From the human T2T-CHM13v2.0 reference genome, Homo sapiens, in assembly GCF_009914755.1 (NCBI RefSeq), contig NC_060927.1: a DNA stretch of 64,000 nt; one strand, 5' to 3'. The translations under genes were made by a program, and so were the position numbers. Shown one piece after another: positions 42,044 through 56,048 of this stretch (position 1 is the first letter of the stretch; every line of letters starts with the position of its first letter). The notes below the pieces were generated by a model. It was not told the DNA's origin, ran no database searches, and saw nothing but the letters and a program-made list of their open reading frames with translations.

Positions 42044-42239
42044 AGTTTCTCAAATTTATGAGAATAGGTAAACTGGACCTATTTCCACATATTTGGTTTA
42101 ATAAGTATAAATCAATTAAATGATCTGTGTTTATATTCTAATATTGAAACTTTTCATCTGCAAATCATGCTTTCATTAAAACTTGATAAAAAGTGGATGT
42201 CAGAAATGTGGATACCTTTTACTCAATTTGAATATTTTC

Positions 42240-42365
42240 TTTTTTTTCTTTTTTTTTTTTTTTTTTTTGTGATGGCCAGCCTTGAATTACTGGGCTCAGG
42301 TGATCCTCTTGCCTCAGCCTCCCAAGTAGTTAAGTCTACAAGCAGACACTACTGTGCCCAGCTGG
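42240..42365 (-). mobile_element. Alu/FLAM fragment
   Basis: Poly-T then ctgggctcaggtgatcctcttgcctcagcctcccaagtag. Confidence 0.75.
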
Positions 42366-43762
42366 ATGTTTTTTGTTTGTTTTGTTAATAGATGTGTACA
42401 TATTTAGAAATACAAATAAGTACATGTACGTATTTAAAACATGCAATTTAATCCACAGTAAAATTAAATCTGTGAAAATTAGGGGTACTTTTTAATGGGT
42501 TTTTACTATATCTTTGGCAAATATATAGTAAAAACTATGTATTTTATACTATTTTGTTTGGTGTTTTATACTATTCAGTTTGAAGCAGGTAAGAGGGAAG
42601 GCTGTTTTTGTGAAAACATTAAGTATGGAATAACACCATATAAATCAATTTCATGCTAGTTGTGATCCAGTCATCGTTATACGAGGCATCTTCTCTGCTC
42701 TGACGTTTTGAATGTGCTCCTAGATAGTTCTGCTGGCCACCACAGAAGACAGGATAGAATATTCCATCTTGGCCGCTTTATAAAGGATACGGGAATCTTT
42801 TAGCTGCTCATGAAGCTGACCTTAGAATCTTACCTCAGGATAACTGAGATTTCCTTTTCTTTGAAGATGGAGATTGTATTGACTCCAATTTACACTCTAT
42901 TGTCTAGACTTCCTAGGGATTTAATCTTTTATGGTCCTTTCCACTTTGGAGCTCCTATATCCTCAAATGCTGTCTCTATACTGCACCACATTGATCTAGA
43001 TATTAAATACATGCTCCCAACTTCAGAAAAAAGGACAAAACCACTTACACAAAAAATACTGTATATTTAGACAATGTAGAGTTTTAAAAATTTTTTTCTA
43101 GAGGAGAAGTATGTAAATTGTACAAGTTGTCTGATCACTTTTTCTAAAACCAGATGAAGAATGATAGTCATGTATAATTTTCACTGGTTATTGCTAAATC
43201 TTACTTCATACACTATTTCAACATCATTTTCCTCTAAATTAATTCTTCTAAATTAATTAACAACTAATTAATATTTCAGGATTTTCACTAAATATGGATT
43301 CTCTATATTTTTCAGTGCATATGTGAAGGTGGTATAGACATAAATTTGCCTACAAAGACCTGCATTATATGCATTTAAATTAAATTTTTTTTGTTTTATT
43401 ATGAAAATTTTAACTATTTTATTTTGGCTCAATCATGTTTGTCTAGTCTTTTAAATAGTTAATTTAATAGGTGCATGGTTGCCTTATGAGACCTCTGACT
43501 TAATTAATTTTATTAAGAGCACAACAGTACTCAGTCATTCTCTAGTCATACAGATGATAGTGTTTTCCCCTAATAAATGGAACTATTCATTGATACACTG
43601 AGATACACTCCAGAAAATAGTTGAAGGCAATATTTTTATTATAGATTTATAACTGATGTTAGTTTATATATTTTAGTTTTTAATCAGTATCTATAAACAT
43701 AGCTGAAATCCAGCCTCCTCTCTTATAAAGAAGCCTTGTTATTCTTGAAAGTATTCAGAGAT

Positions 43763-44908
43763 GGGATTCTGGGAAGATGGTAGAGTAGGAAGCACCATGA
43801 ATATGTCTCTCCACCTAGACAACAATCAGACACTGGCAGAATCTGTCTAATGTAACTATTTTTGAACTCTGGAGTCTATTGAAGGCTTGAAACTTCCAGG
43901 AAAAGGCTTGGACTGTATGCTGCAGTTAATTTCCATCAACTTCAGCTCTTAACACAGTAGCAGCTACCAGTCCCCATTCCCAGCCCTGTGGCAGACAGTT
44001 GCACATGTTTCTGGAGCATCTTGCACATAGCTTACAGGAGCTGAGGTGGGCAAAGATGACCCTGTTTTTCAAATATTAGGGATCTGTGCTGTAATCACTG
44101 ATTGCTGCTTATGATCACAAAGGTACAGACAATGAAAGGGGCAGCTAGCTACTGTTATTGTAATCTCCCTCATTTGTGCAAGCCCTTCCCCCTTCAGCTG
44201 AAGTGACTTCCAGGAGATTGAAAGGGCTGGCACCCTTTTGCACCACCACTTTCATTTTTCCATTTTTCCTCTTGTGAAAGCCAGACATTAAACATAGGAC
44301 ATTTTAAACCAACTGTATATACAGGGAAAATTAGAAAGTGACTGCGCAGGCAGAGGGAAAGGTGCAGGTTCAGAAAAGACCTGAGTGGACTTAAAGTTTT
44401 AGTTCAGGCTGATCCTTGGCACAAAGATAGCCGACAACAATAAAAAGATAAACAAAAACAATAACAAAAACAGCAAATTGTGGGGAAGATGATGAATCTG
44501 ATTTTCAAACTTACCACATTATTAGACTTATATGTCCAGTTTTCAACAAAAATTCATAAGACCTGTAAAGAAACAGGAAAGTATGGCTCATTTAAAGGAA
44601 AAAAAATCAACAGAAATTGTCCCTGACAAAAACTTGATGGCAGATCTACTAGACAAATACTTTAAAGCCACTGTCTTAAAGATGCTCAAAGAACTAAAGG
44701 AAGATATTGAGAGTCAAGAACATGATGTATGAACAAAAGACAAATATGAATAAGGAATTAGAAAACCTATAAGAAAACCAAAAGAAATTTAGGAACAGAA
44801 AAGTACAACTGAAATGAAAAGTTCACTATAGGGATTCAAAGACAAATTAGAGCAGAGAGAAGAATCGGCAAACTTGAAGGCAGAACAATGGAAATTATTG
44901 AGTCTCAG
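43763..44908 (+). mobile_element. Old L1M 5' UTR and start of ORF1, interrupted by HERV-L
   Basis: gggattctgggaagatggtagagtaggaagcacc 5' end; ORF1-like LLDKYFKATVLKMLKELKE. Confidence 0.75.
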
Positions 44909-47900
44909 TGTATTAGTCAGGGTTCTTTAGAGGGACAGAACTAATAGTATATATATATCCTAGTATATATCCTATGGTGTGTGTGTGTATATATATGTGT
45001 ATACACATATATATACACATATATACACACACACACACCATAGGATATATATATACACACATCATAGGATGTGTATATATATATATATACCTACATATAA
45101 AGGGGAGTTTATTAAGTATTAACTTACATGATCACAACATCCACAATAGGCTGTCTTCAAGCTTGAGGAGCAAAGAGAACCAGTCCAAATCTCAAAACTG
45201 AAGAACTTGGAGTCTGATGTTTAAGGGCAGGAAGCATCCAGCACGGGAGAAAGATGTAGGCTGGGAGGCTAGGCCAGTCTCTCCTTTTCACATTTGTCTG
45301 CCTGCTTTATACTTGCTGGCATCTGATTAAATGGTGCCCACCCAATTAAGGGTGGCTCTGCCTTTCCCAGCCCAGTGACTCAAATGTTAATCTCCTTTGG
45401 CAACACCCTCACAGACACACCCAAGATCAATACTTTGTATCCTTCAATTCAATCAAGTTGACACTCAGTATTAACCATCACAAGCCCACCCCTTGGCAAC
45501 TGGAACCTATACACATCTCCTGAGATCATACATAATCTTCAAATAAAGACAATAATGAGATCATAATTATGCCTAACATAATACAACTATCCTTTGTATA
45601 ATCGGAAATTCACCAGTGCCCAACCCAAATACTCTTACATAAAGTTAACAATACCTAAATGCTGATATGAAGTCAATAAATCTTATGTCACATGATAAAG
45701 GAAAAAGGAAATAAAATGAAGATATTTTCTTAGTACAAGTGTATACATGAACGAACATGTTTTTAACAAAGAAAGAGCAAATACTCATGACAATTACAGT
45801 CCCATTTCTGCAGCTGGTCATGTGGTTGTAGCTGGTATTGACAACTACCTTCTTCTACTACCCATTCTGTATTCCCTTTGCCTTCAGCAAGCATCTTGGC
45901 AGGTCATGGTTTTTTTTCCTGGTGAAGTGACCAAAACCTTCATTCCTGAGGGGTCTGGGCTATTTGTAGTCCTGCCTGGATTGGGCTGTTGTAGTTTGCC
46001 ATTGACCTAATCACAGGGCATGGTAATACTAAGACAAACTCTCATAGATCTCCTGTATTCCATGCATACTCTTCCTTACCTCCATTGTGGAGTAGTAGAC
46101 TGATTTCATCTTGATAGCCCAGGTCAGTCACCCAAGCCAACATTGTAACTCCTTTCATAGCCTGTTGACTTAAAGGTAGGAGAAGCCCAAAGTGTCCAGG
46201 TGGCAATCTTGCAGTTTAATGGAATCGTTGTTGTGTCTCCTGATGGCAGCATTCCTCCCTCTTGAACTAAGACCTCTAGGCCAGCAAAACATAATGTTGC
46301 AGAAACAGGAAGCAAAAATTTTACTAGTGGATCACTAGCAGTGATGGTGAGTGATGCCACTTCCATTTCTACCTCTTGATTCCTGGACCTGTGAATCCTG
46401 GCTGTGGGAGAAACAGTACCTTATAATGGATGCTGATTCAGAACATATGCAGCCTTCTGGAGAACTTTGGCCAAGCCCTGCAAAGTATTGTCACCTAGTT
46501 GGCATTATAATTGTGACTTCACATGGCTATTCCACTGTTCTATCAATCCAGCTATTTTAGGATGATGGGGAACATGGTATGACCAGTGAATTTTATAAGC
46601 ATGAGCCCACTGCCACGCTTCTTTAGCTGTAAAGTGAGTGCCTTGGTCGGAGGCAATGCTGTGTGGAATACTATGATGGTGGATAAGGCATTCTGTGAGT
46701 CGATGGATGATAGTCTTGGCAGAAGCATTGTGTGCAGGTTAGGCAAACCCATATCCAGAGTAAGTGTCTAGTCCAGTGAGGACCTCTGCCTTTTCCATGG
46801 TGATAGAGGTCCAATATAATCAACTAGCTACCAGGTAGCTGGCTGATCACCCCAAGGAATGGTGCCATATCGAAGACTCAGTGTTGGTCTCTGCTGCTGG
46901 CAAATTGGGCACTCAGCAGTGGCTGTAGCCAGGTCACCCTTGGTGAGTGGAAGTTGATGTTGCTGAGCCCATGCATAACCTCCATCCCTGCCACCATGGC
47001 CACTTTGTTCATGGGTCTATTGGGTGATGACAAAGATGACTGGGGAAAGAGGCTGAGTGGTGTCCACAGAACAGGGTCATCCTATCCACTTGATTTTTGA
47101 AATCCTTCTTTTCTGGCGTCACCTATTGGTGAGCACTCACATGGGATACAAATATCTTCACCGTTTTTGACCACTCAGAGAGGTCCATCCACATACCTCT
47201 TCCCCAAATTTCTTTGTTACCAATTTTCCAGTCATGCTTCTTCCAAGTCCCTGACCATCCAACCAAACCATTGGCTACAGCCCTTGAATCAGTATATAAT
47301 CACACATCTGGCGATTTCTCCTTCCATGCAAAGTGCACAACCAGGTGCACTGCTTGAAGTTTTGCCTACTGGGAAGATTACCATTCACAACTCTCCTTCA
47401 GGGATGTCCTAGAAAGAGGCTGTAGTGCTGCAGCTGTCCACTTTCGAGTGGTGCCTGCATATGGTGCAGAACCATCTCTTCTTCTGTCAACTGATCATAG
47501 GGAATTCATCATGAGGCCATTGGTGCAAGCTGGGGGAGAGAAGGCAGGGTGGCAGGACTGGAGACCGTGGGCATTTGAGCCACTTCCCCATGTACCTTAC
47601 TTGTGCCTTCAGGACCTGCTTGAGCCCGATCACATGTACCACTTCCATTTGATTATGGAATGCTGCTGTGCACAACCCATTTTATGGCTAGATGGGTCAG
47701 AAAGCACCCAGTTCATGATAGGCAGTTTAGGTCACCCGGGCACTTGATAATCCATAGTCAAATATTCAGTTTCCACCAAAGCCCAGTAACAGACCAAGAG
47801 CTGTCTCTCAAAAGGAGAGTAGTTATCTGCAGAAGATGGCAGGGCCTTGCTCCAAAATCCTGGAGGCCTCCACTGTGATTTACCTATTTGGGCCTGCCAA

Positions 47901-50900
47901 AGGCTCCAGACAGCATCCTTATCTGCCACTGACACTTCAAGCAACATTGGTTCTGCTGGGTCATATGGCCCAAGTGACAGAACTGTTTGCACAGCAGCCT
48001 GGACCTGTTGCATAGCCTTCTCCTGTTCTGGACCACACTCAAAACTGAGAGCCTTTTGGATCACTGACTAAATGCACCAGAGTAACACACCCAAATGAGG
48101 AATACGTTGCCTCCAACATCCAAATAAACCCATTAGGCATTGTGCCTCTTTCTTGGTTGTAGGAGAGTCCAAATGCAGCAACTTATCCTTCACCTTAGAA
48201 GGAATATCTCAACAAGCCCCACACCGCTGGACTCCTAGAAATTTTGCTGAGGTAGAAGTTCCCTGAATTTTAATTGGATTTATTTCCCATCCTCTGGCAA
48301 GCAAATGTCTCACCAATAAGTCCAGTGTGTTTGCTACTTCTTGCTCACTGGATCCAGTCAGCATAGTGTCATCAATATAATGGACCAGTGTGATATCTCA
48401 TGGAAGTGAAAAGCGATCAAGGTCTCTTGAATAAGATTATGACACAAAGCTGGAGAGTTGATATACCCTTGAGGTGCGACAGTAAAAGTATATTACTGGC
48501 CTTGCCAGCTGAAGGCAAATTGCTTCTGGTGGGCCTTATGGACAGGAATGGAGAAAAAGGTATTTGCCAAGTCAACGGCTGCATACCAGGTATCAGGAGA
48601 TGTGTTAATTTGCTCAAGCAATGAAACCACATCTGGTATAGCAGCTGCAATTGGAATCACCACTTGGTTACACTTATGATAATCCACTGTCATTCTCCAA
48701 GATCTATCTGTCTTCTGCACAGGCCAAATGGGAGAGTTGAACAGGGATGTGGTGGGGATCACCACCCCTGTGTCCTTCAAGTCCTTGATGGTGGCACTAA
48801 TCTCCACAGTCCCTCCAGGGATGTGATATTGTTTTTCATTTACTATTTCTCTAGGTAGAGGCAGCTCTAATGGCTTCTATTTGGCCCTTCCCACAATAAT
48901 AGCCCTCACCTTACCAGTCAGGTAGCCAATGTGGGGGTTCTGCCTGCTGCTAAATATGTCTATGCGAATTATGCATTCTGGCACTGGGGAAATGACCGTA
49001 GGATGAGTCCAGGGACCCACTGGACCCACTGTAAGTCAGACCTGAGCTAAAACTCCATTAATTACCTGACCTCCATATGCCCCTACTTTAACTGGAGGAC
49101 TACAATGACATTTTGGGTTCCCTGGAATCAACGTCAGCTCAGAGCCAGTGTCTAGTAGTCCCTGAAATTTCTGATCATTTCCAGTGCACAGTTACCCAGG
49201 TGAAAGCCCAGAGGTCTCCTTGGGGACATGTGGAAGAAAGGTTCACTGCATAAATTGTCGGTAATTTAGTGGGGTCCTTCCTCAAGGTGACCCGGCCTCC
49301 CCTTCATTCAAGTGGTTCTGGGTCTGTAAACTGGCTCAAGTCTGGAAATTGATTGAGGGGGTGTGGTTCTCTGTTTTTCTAATTCAAATTAGTCTTTTGT
49401 CCATTCAACCTAGAAGTTTTCTGCTTGTATAAATTAAGTAGGAATGCAGTAGGCTTCGTATCAATTGCACTTCTAGGAACATTGTGATTAACTAGCCAAT
49501 ACCAGAGCTCTACACAAGTCAGACTATTCTGATTACTGCTTTGCTTCTGCTGTCCATTACAGTAGCTATGCCCACCTTGCCTTTAATGGTTGAGTATCAT
49601 CACTTGGCCTCTGCCACCTTGGGATCCAATGATCCTCATTGTATTTAAATTTTGTAGTTGAGTAACTGTGGTTCCCACTGTTAGATCTGACATACAGAGA
49701 AGAGCAATTACAGGGCTCCTCAAAATTGCAGATGCTGCCCTCACAAATCTGTTTCACAAGGCATTGGTGAAGGGTATATCTTCTGGACCCTTCCAGCTAG
49801 GATGAGTAGGTCTAAGTGACTAATCCACTCCACCATCCCAATCTCCCTAAGCCTTTGGACCCCTTCCTCTACATTGAACCAAGGGAGATTAGGCACTTCC
49901 AGCTCACTCACAATGAACCATCTTTTAATCCATGTTTCATGTGACCAAGCAAATAAACTATTAGAACCTTTTTTTAACTCCCCAAGCTGCAACATTAAAA
50001 GCAGAATCCCTACTTAGTGGTCCCAAATCAACAGATTCAGCCTGATCAAATTCTGTCTTCCTTCCGCCATTATCCCACACCCTTAATATTCATTATTATG
50101 CTTGTTCACCAGATTTCTGTTTATATAAATTAGAGAACTCAAACAGCCCTTCTTGAGTGTAGCACGCCTCCTCATGGTCACACTCTCAACCTCACCTCTA
50201 GGGATCTACCAGGACTTTAGTCTAGTTATAGGTCTAGAAGATAACATGAGTGTTGAGGGTGGCTCCTGAGGAGAATCAACATTATTTTCCCTGGCAGCTG
50301 CATCAGGGGAGGCCATCACTGTTGTCTCAGGCAGTGTAGGGTTTATCTCCTCAGACAAAGGCAGAAAGGATGATGGCAGCATGGGTCAGGGAAGGGAAGT
50401 TGCCACTACAGAGTTTATAAATCTAGTGTCCCCAGCTTCATCAGGGTCCTCCCACATGTCCCCATTCCACATTGCAGGGTCCCATTCTTTTCCAATCAAT
50501 GCCTTCACTTTTAGAGTAGACACCTGGTGAGGCTGTGCATGCACCTTTCTTTGCAGGTCAGTCACTCGCATGATAAGAGCTTTCCACAATTTCAGCTCTT
50601 CCTCTACAGGAGATAAGACTCTCACTTAGGGCAATCTTAGCAGATTTGAGGCTCAGTATCTGCTTCTGAAGCCAGGAGTTAGAATCGCTGAGTTCATCAT
50701 TTGCTTTCATCACTTTGTCCACTGAACCTAGGAGGGACCAACCAGCTTCATTATAGTCCTTGGTTCTCCAGATATGGTCAAACGTATTATGTATAGAGTC
50801 ACTAAACTTCTTGCCTCACATGGGCAGTGAATCAGGAGTGTCAAATGCATTTATTTGGCTGTCTAAAGTGTTCACACCAAGGAGTATCAGTGTTTCTATA

Positions 50901-51158
50901 CTGATATGCTCTATAGAAATAGAGTCCTTAGCATTCTGGGGTCTATCATATTAAGCAGCCAACTCCAGAAACCCCCAAACCAACAAAAGAGCTCCATCCT
51001 TAATATTCTATTCCTCTGGAACCACTCCTGGTACCAAAATCTATATTAGTCAGGGTTCTCTAGAGGGATGGAACTAATAGGATATATAGGTATATATCCT
51101 ATTATATACCTATCATATATATATATATATATATTTGAGTTTATTAAGTATTAACTCA
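44909..51158 (-). mobile_element. HERV-L provirus: 3' LTR MLT2A 44909-45482, internal gag-pro-pol-dUTPase 45483-51041, truncated 5' LTR 51042-51158
   Basis: MLT2A termini tgtattagtcagggttc...ttaaccatcaca with TA/CA microsatellite; on the minus strand: protease LLDTGSELTLIPG (~49160), [12 protein letters not shown]...[11 protein letters not shown] and YIDD (~48375), RNase H region YSPFERQLL, dUTPase-like GGMLPSGDTT (46124-46366); no env; ORFs disrupted. Confidence 0.92.
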
Positions 51159-53624
51159 CCACTTGGGTTACAGAGTGAGGCCCTAACATTATTAGTCTAA
51201 AAGCTAGTATATGTAACTTTGGTTTATAGCTCCACATTTTGTTTTCTGCATAACTTAAGATACTGATGCACTGCAAAGAATTATTAGTTTATATTTTTGG
51301 GCAAACAACATATAAAGATGAAATTTCGTGACAACAACTGAAAGGGGTGGGGATGAAGCTGTTAAGGGAGCAGAATTTGTGTATGTTGGGGAAGATAAGC
51401 TGGTATAAATTCAAATTAAAGTGTTATAACTTTAGGATGTAATCCTCGTGTTAAACACAAAGAAAACAGCTATAGAATATATGCACAAGGAAATGAGAGA
51501 GGAATTTAAATGTTTCAGTATAAAAAATTAAACACAAAAGAAGCCAGTAAGGCAAGAAATGAGGAACAAAAAGCTGTAAGACATGTTGAAAACAAATAGC
51601 AAAATGACAGAAATAATTGCCTTATTAGTAATTATTTAAATGGGTTAAACTCCCCAGTCAAAAGACAGAGATTAGTAGAATGAATAAAAAGACACGATCT
51701 TACTATCTGCTCTCTAACAAGAGATTCACTTTAGATCCAAAGACACAAATAGACTGAAAGTGAAAGAATGAGAAAAGATGTTCCGTGCAAATAGTAACCA
51801 AAAGAGAACAGGGGTTGCTATACTAATATTGGACAAAATAAACATAAATGTTACAAGAAACAAAAGAAAGATATTTTGATTAATAAGATGTTCAATATAG
51901 CAAGAAGAGATAGCTATTATAAACATGCATCTGTTAAAAGATTATTAAAACATATGAAGCAAAATCTTCCACAACTGAAGGGAGAAATGGACAGTTCAAC
52001 AATAATAGTTGGAGACTTAATACCCCATTCTCAGTAATGGATAGACCACCAGGCAGAAGATAAGTAAAGAAATAGAGAGCTCAAACAACACAGTAAACCA
52101 ACTAGATTTAACAGGCATGTACAAAACACTCTACCCGACAGGACTAGTATACACATTTTTCTCAAGTTCACATGGGACATTTTCTACAATAGATGACATG
52201 ATGGACTACAAATTATGTCTCAGGAGGTTTTTAAAAGATAGATATAAGGCAGAGTATTATCTCGGACCACAATGAAATGAAGGTAGAAATAATAACAGGT
52301 AAAATTAGAATTTGTGGGAATTGAACACCCCAAGACAACCAATGAATCAAAGAAAAAATTGTAAGGGAAACTGGAAAACACTTAGAGATGAATGAAACAC
52401 ATCTTAGAGAAAGTGAAAACACAACACACTAAAACTTAATAGTATGCAATGAAAGCAGTACTGAGGGAGAAATTTATACCTACAAACACTTATTAAAAAA
52501 ACAATAAATATTTCAAATCAACAACTTAACTTTACAACTTAAAGGACCAGAAAAAGAAAAACTAAATCCAAAGCTACTAGAAGGAAGGAAATATTAAAGA
52601 TAAGAGCAGAGATAAGATATATAATAGAAAAACAATAGAGAAAATCAATGAAAACAGAAGTTGGTTCTTTGAAAAGATCAATAAAACTGTCAAACCTTTA
52701 GCTAGATGGACTAAGAATTAAAGAGAAAAGACTCAAATTACTAAAGTCAGAAATAAAGCAGGGACATTACTACCAATTCTACATAAATAAAAATGACTAT
52801 AAGAGCATACTGTGGACAGTTATACAGCAATGAATTGGATAACCTAGACAAAATGGACAAATTCCTGGAAACACAAAATCTAGCAAAACTAAAGCATGAA
52901 GAAATAGAAAACCTGAGTAGACCTGTAACTAGTAATGAGATTGAATTAGTAATCCAAATCTCCCAACAATAAAGAATCTTAGACATGATGGCTTCACTTT
53001 GAAGTCTACCAAACACTTAAAGAACAATACTGATCCTTCAAATCCTACTTTTCCAAAAATAGGAGGGCACACTTCCTAACTCATTCTATAAGGCCAGCAT
53101 TACTCTGGTACAAAAGACACATAAAAACACTGCAAAGAAAGAAAAGTATAGGCCAGTATTCCTTATTTACATTGATGGAAAAAGTCAACAAAATACTAAC
53201 AAACTTAATTCAGCAGAATAGTAAAAGAATTATACACTATGGCCAAATAGGATTTATCTTGGAATGTAAGAATAGTTCAATATATAAAAATCAACTAATG
53301 TAATACACCACATTACCAGAATGAAGAAAAAAAATGATCAGCTTAATTAATGTAGAAAAAGTATTTGACAAGATGCAACAACCTTTCATGATTTAAAAAA
53401 AAAAACACTCAACAAACTAGGAATGGAAGGCTACTATCTCAACATAATAAAAGCCATATATGAAAACTCATGGCAAACATTATATTCAAAGATGAAGGAT
53501 TAAAAGCTTTTCTTCTGAGATGAGGAACAAAGCACAGATGCCAACTTTCACCATTCTATTCAACATAGTTCTGAAAGTTCTAGCCAGAGCAATTAGGCAA
53601 GAAAAAAGAAATAAAAGATATCTA

Positions 53625-54059
53625 GCTTCCACGAACGTTGTCTAGAGGCACTCAGAATGGTCCAGCATTTGACATACCATCGTAGGGTTTCCTACAATAC
53701 AACCACTAATAAAACTAGGCTTTCCTGAACCCCTGGCAATAGAATTGTTTACCTTTATACAAAGAAGGTTGGGAAAGCACCAAATCTGCATGTGGTGTGT
53801 GCCCAGGCAGACTTAGAGGGGTTCGTGCTGTGAGGCCTAAAGTTCTTATGAGATTGTCCAAAACAAAAAAACATGTCAGCAGGCCCTATGGTGTTTCCAT
53901 GTGCGCTAAATGTTTTCATGACAGGATCAAGTGTGCTTTCCTTATTAAGGAGCAGAAAATTGTTGTGAAATTGTTTAAGGTACAAACACAGAGTCAGAAA
54001 GCTAAATAAAAAATGAAGCTTTTTTTAAGGGTAATAAAAATTAAAAGGCTTAAAAAAAA
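53625..54059 (+). pseudogene. RPL34 processed pseudogene
   Basis: ATG at 53657, MVQHLTYHRRVSYNTTTNKTRLS then TGA (53726); -1 frameshift near 53783; C-terminal [28 protein letters not shown]...QSQKAK* (54009); intronless, with 5' UTR, AATAAA and A-tail. Confidence 0.95.
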
Positions 54060-54434
54060 GATCAAAATTGGACAGAAAGAAGTAAAATTATCTTTGTTTG
54101 CAGGTGATATGATCTTCTGAGTAGGAAACCTTAAAGATTCCACAAAAAAATTAGAACTAATAAGTGAATTCAACAAAGCAGCAGGATTCAAATACAACAA
54201 AGAAATTCAGTTGCATTTCCATACACTAAGAATGCCAAAAGATAATTATAAAAATGATTCCATTTACAATGGCATCAAAAAGAACAAACTACCTGAGAAT
54301 TAACCAAGGAGATCAAATACTTGTACAATGAAAACTACAAAACATTGGTGAACAAAGTTAAAGAAGATATAAATAAATAGAAATATGTTCCATGTTCACA
54401 GACTGGAACTTACTATAGTTAAGGTGTCAATACC

Positions 54435-54732
54435 GGCCAGATGTGGTGGCTCATGCCTGTAATCCCAGCATTTTGGGAGGCTGAGGAGGATGTAACACTT
54501 GGGGCCAGGAGTTCGAGACCCGCCTGGCCACCATGGAAAAACCCCACCTCTACTAAAAATACAAAAATTAGCCAGGCATGTTGGCGCATGCCTATAATAC
54601 GAGCTACCCGAGTGGCTGAGGCATGATAGTTGTTTGAATCCAGGAGGCAGAGGTTGCAGTGAGCTGAGATTATGCCACTACACTCCAGCCTGGGCTACCA
54701 AGTGAGACTCTGTCTCAAAAAAAAAAAAAAAA
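54435..54732 (+). mobile_element. Alu (S/J family)
   Basis: Full dimer with poly(A); caatac flanks both ends. Confidence 0.93.
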
Positions 54733-55859
54733 AGGCAATACTACCCAAAGCAATGTACAGAGTCAATGCAATCCCTATTAAAATCCTAATGGTATTTTTG
54801 CATGAATAGCAAAACCCATCCTAAATTTATTTGGAATCTCAAGGGACCCTGAATAGCCAAAACAATCTTGAAGAAGAACTAAGCTAGAGGACTCACACTT
54901 CCTGATTTCAAAACTTAGGACAAAGCCACAGTAAACCTATAGACAAGTGGAATAGAATAGACAGCCCAGAAATAAATTCTCACGTAAATAGTCAAATTAT
55001 TCTTGACAGTGGGGCAAAGACCATTCAATGGGGAAAGGACAATCTTATCACCAAATGGTGCTCAGAAAAATTGGCTAGTCACATGCAAAAAACTGAAGCT
55101 AGACCCTTACCTAAAATCATGTACAAAAACGACCTCATAACAGATCAAAGACCTAAATGTAAGACCTAAAATTCTAAAGTCTTAGAAGAAAACACAGGAC
55201 AATAACTAGTGGCATATACCAACAATGGAATATTATTTTGCCTTAAATAGAAAGGAAATTCTGACATGACACATCATGAAAGAACCTTGAGGATATTATG
55301 ATAAGTGAAATAATGCAATCACAAAATGACAAATACCATATGATTCCATTTATATGAAGTATTTAGAATAGTCAAAATTATGGAGACAAAGTAGAATGGT
55401 GCTGCCAGGGGCTGAGGGAAGTAGAGAATAGGAAGTTATTGTTTAATGGACACAGAATGTCAGCTTTCAAGATGAAAACAGTTATGGAGATAGAGGGTGG
55501 TGATGATTGCACAACATTATAAATGTATTTAGTAACACCAAACTGTACACTTAAAATAGTTAAGATGGTAGATTTTATGTGTATTTTATCATGATAAAAA
55601 ATTACAGAAGTATGTTTTCAGTATTTATATTACTCTAGTAATTACTCATAGAAATAACCATGAACATGTGCTGCAGGGCTATTTTTTTAAGTTGATGCAT
55701 GGTATAGAATTCTTCCCCATTAGTACAAATGATTTTTCTTTTATATTTAGTAGGTACATATCTGTGGAACCCATGATTTAAAAGTTTATTTTGTAGCTTG
55801 ATAGATTACATGATTTAGTGTAGTGTTTTAGTGTAGAGTAATGTAGTGTTTGCTCTTCA

Positions 55860-56048
55860 TGCAAGTCTTGCTGTGCATTAGGAAGCTTTACAAAACAAAA
55901 ACAGTAAGAAAAACACAGAAATGTCTGAGCCTCACTCTACTGGATCAATTAAATCAGAATCTCTTGGAAAAGGGCCAGGCATAAGCACTTTTAAGTTCCT
56001 TAAGCATTTGAAGTTCCTTAAGTTTTAAGGAGAGAGAACCTCTGATTA
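55860..56048. mobile_element. MER5-type hAT DNA transposon remnant
   Basis: caattaaatcagaatctctt...gggccaggcat...gagaacctctg. Confidence 0.55.

Larger units (their letters stand above)
51190..55605 (+). mobile_element. Continuation of the old L1M (L1MB-like): ORF2 and 3' UTR, hosting the RPL34 retrocopy and an Alu
   Basis: Eroded ORF2 motifs (ataatagttggagactt, tttgcaggtgatatgatc); internal deletion near 55200; L1MB-like 3' UTR ending ttatcatgataaaaa. Confidence 0.85.

Noticed and set aside
44945-45100. Complex TA/CA/TG repeat with local palindromes
   Set aside because: Normal microsatellite expansion inside MLT2A LTRs; a shorter version occurs in the other LTR near 51080-51135
53657-54009. 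Possible functional RPL34 retrogene
   Set aside because: Premature TGA at codon 24 and a -1 frameshift near 53783
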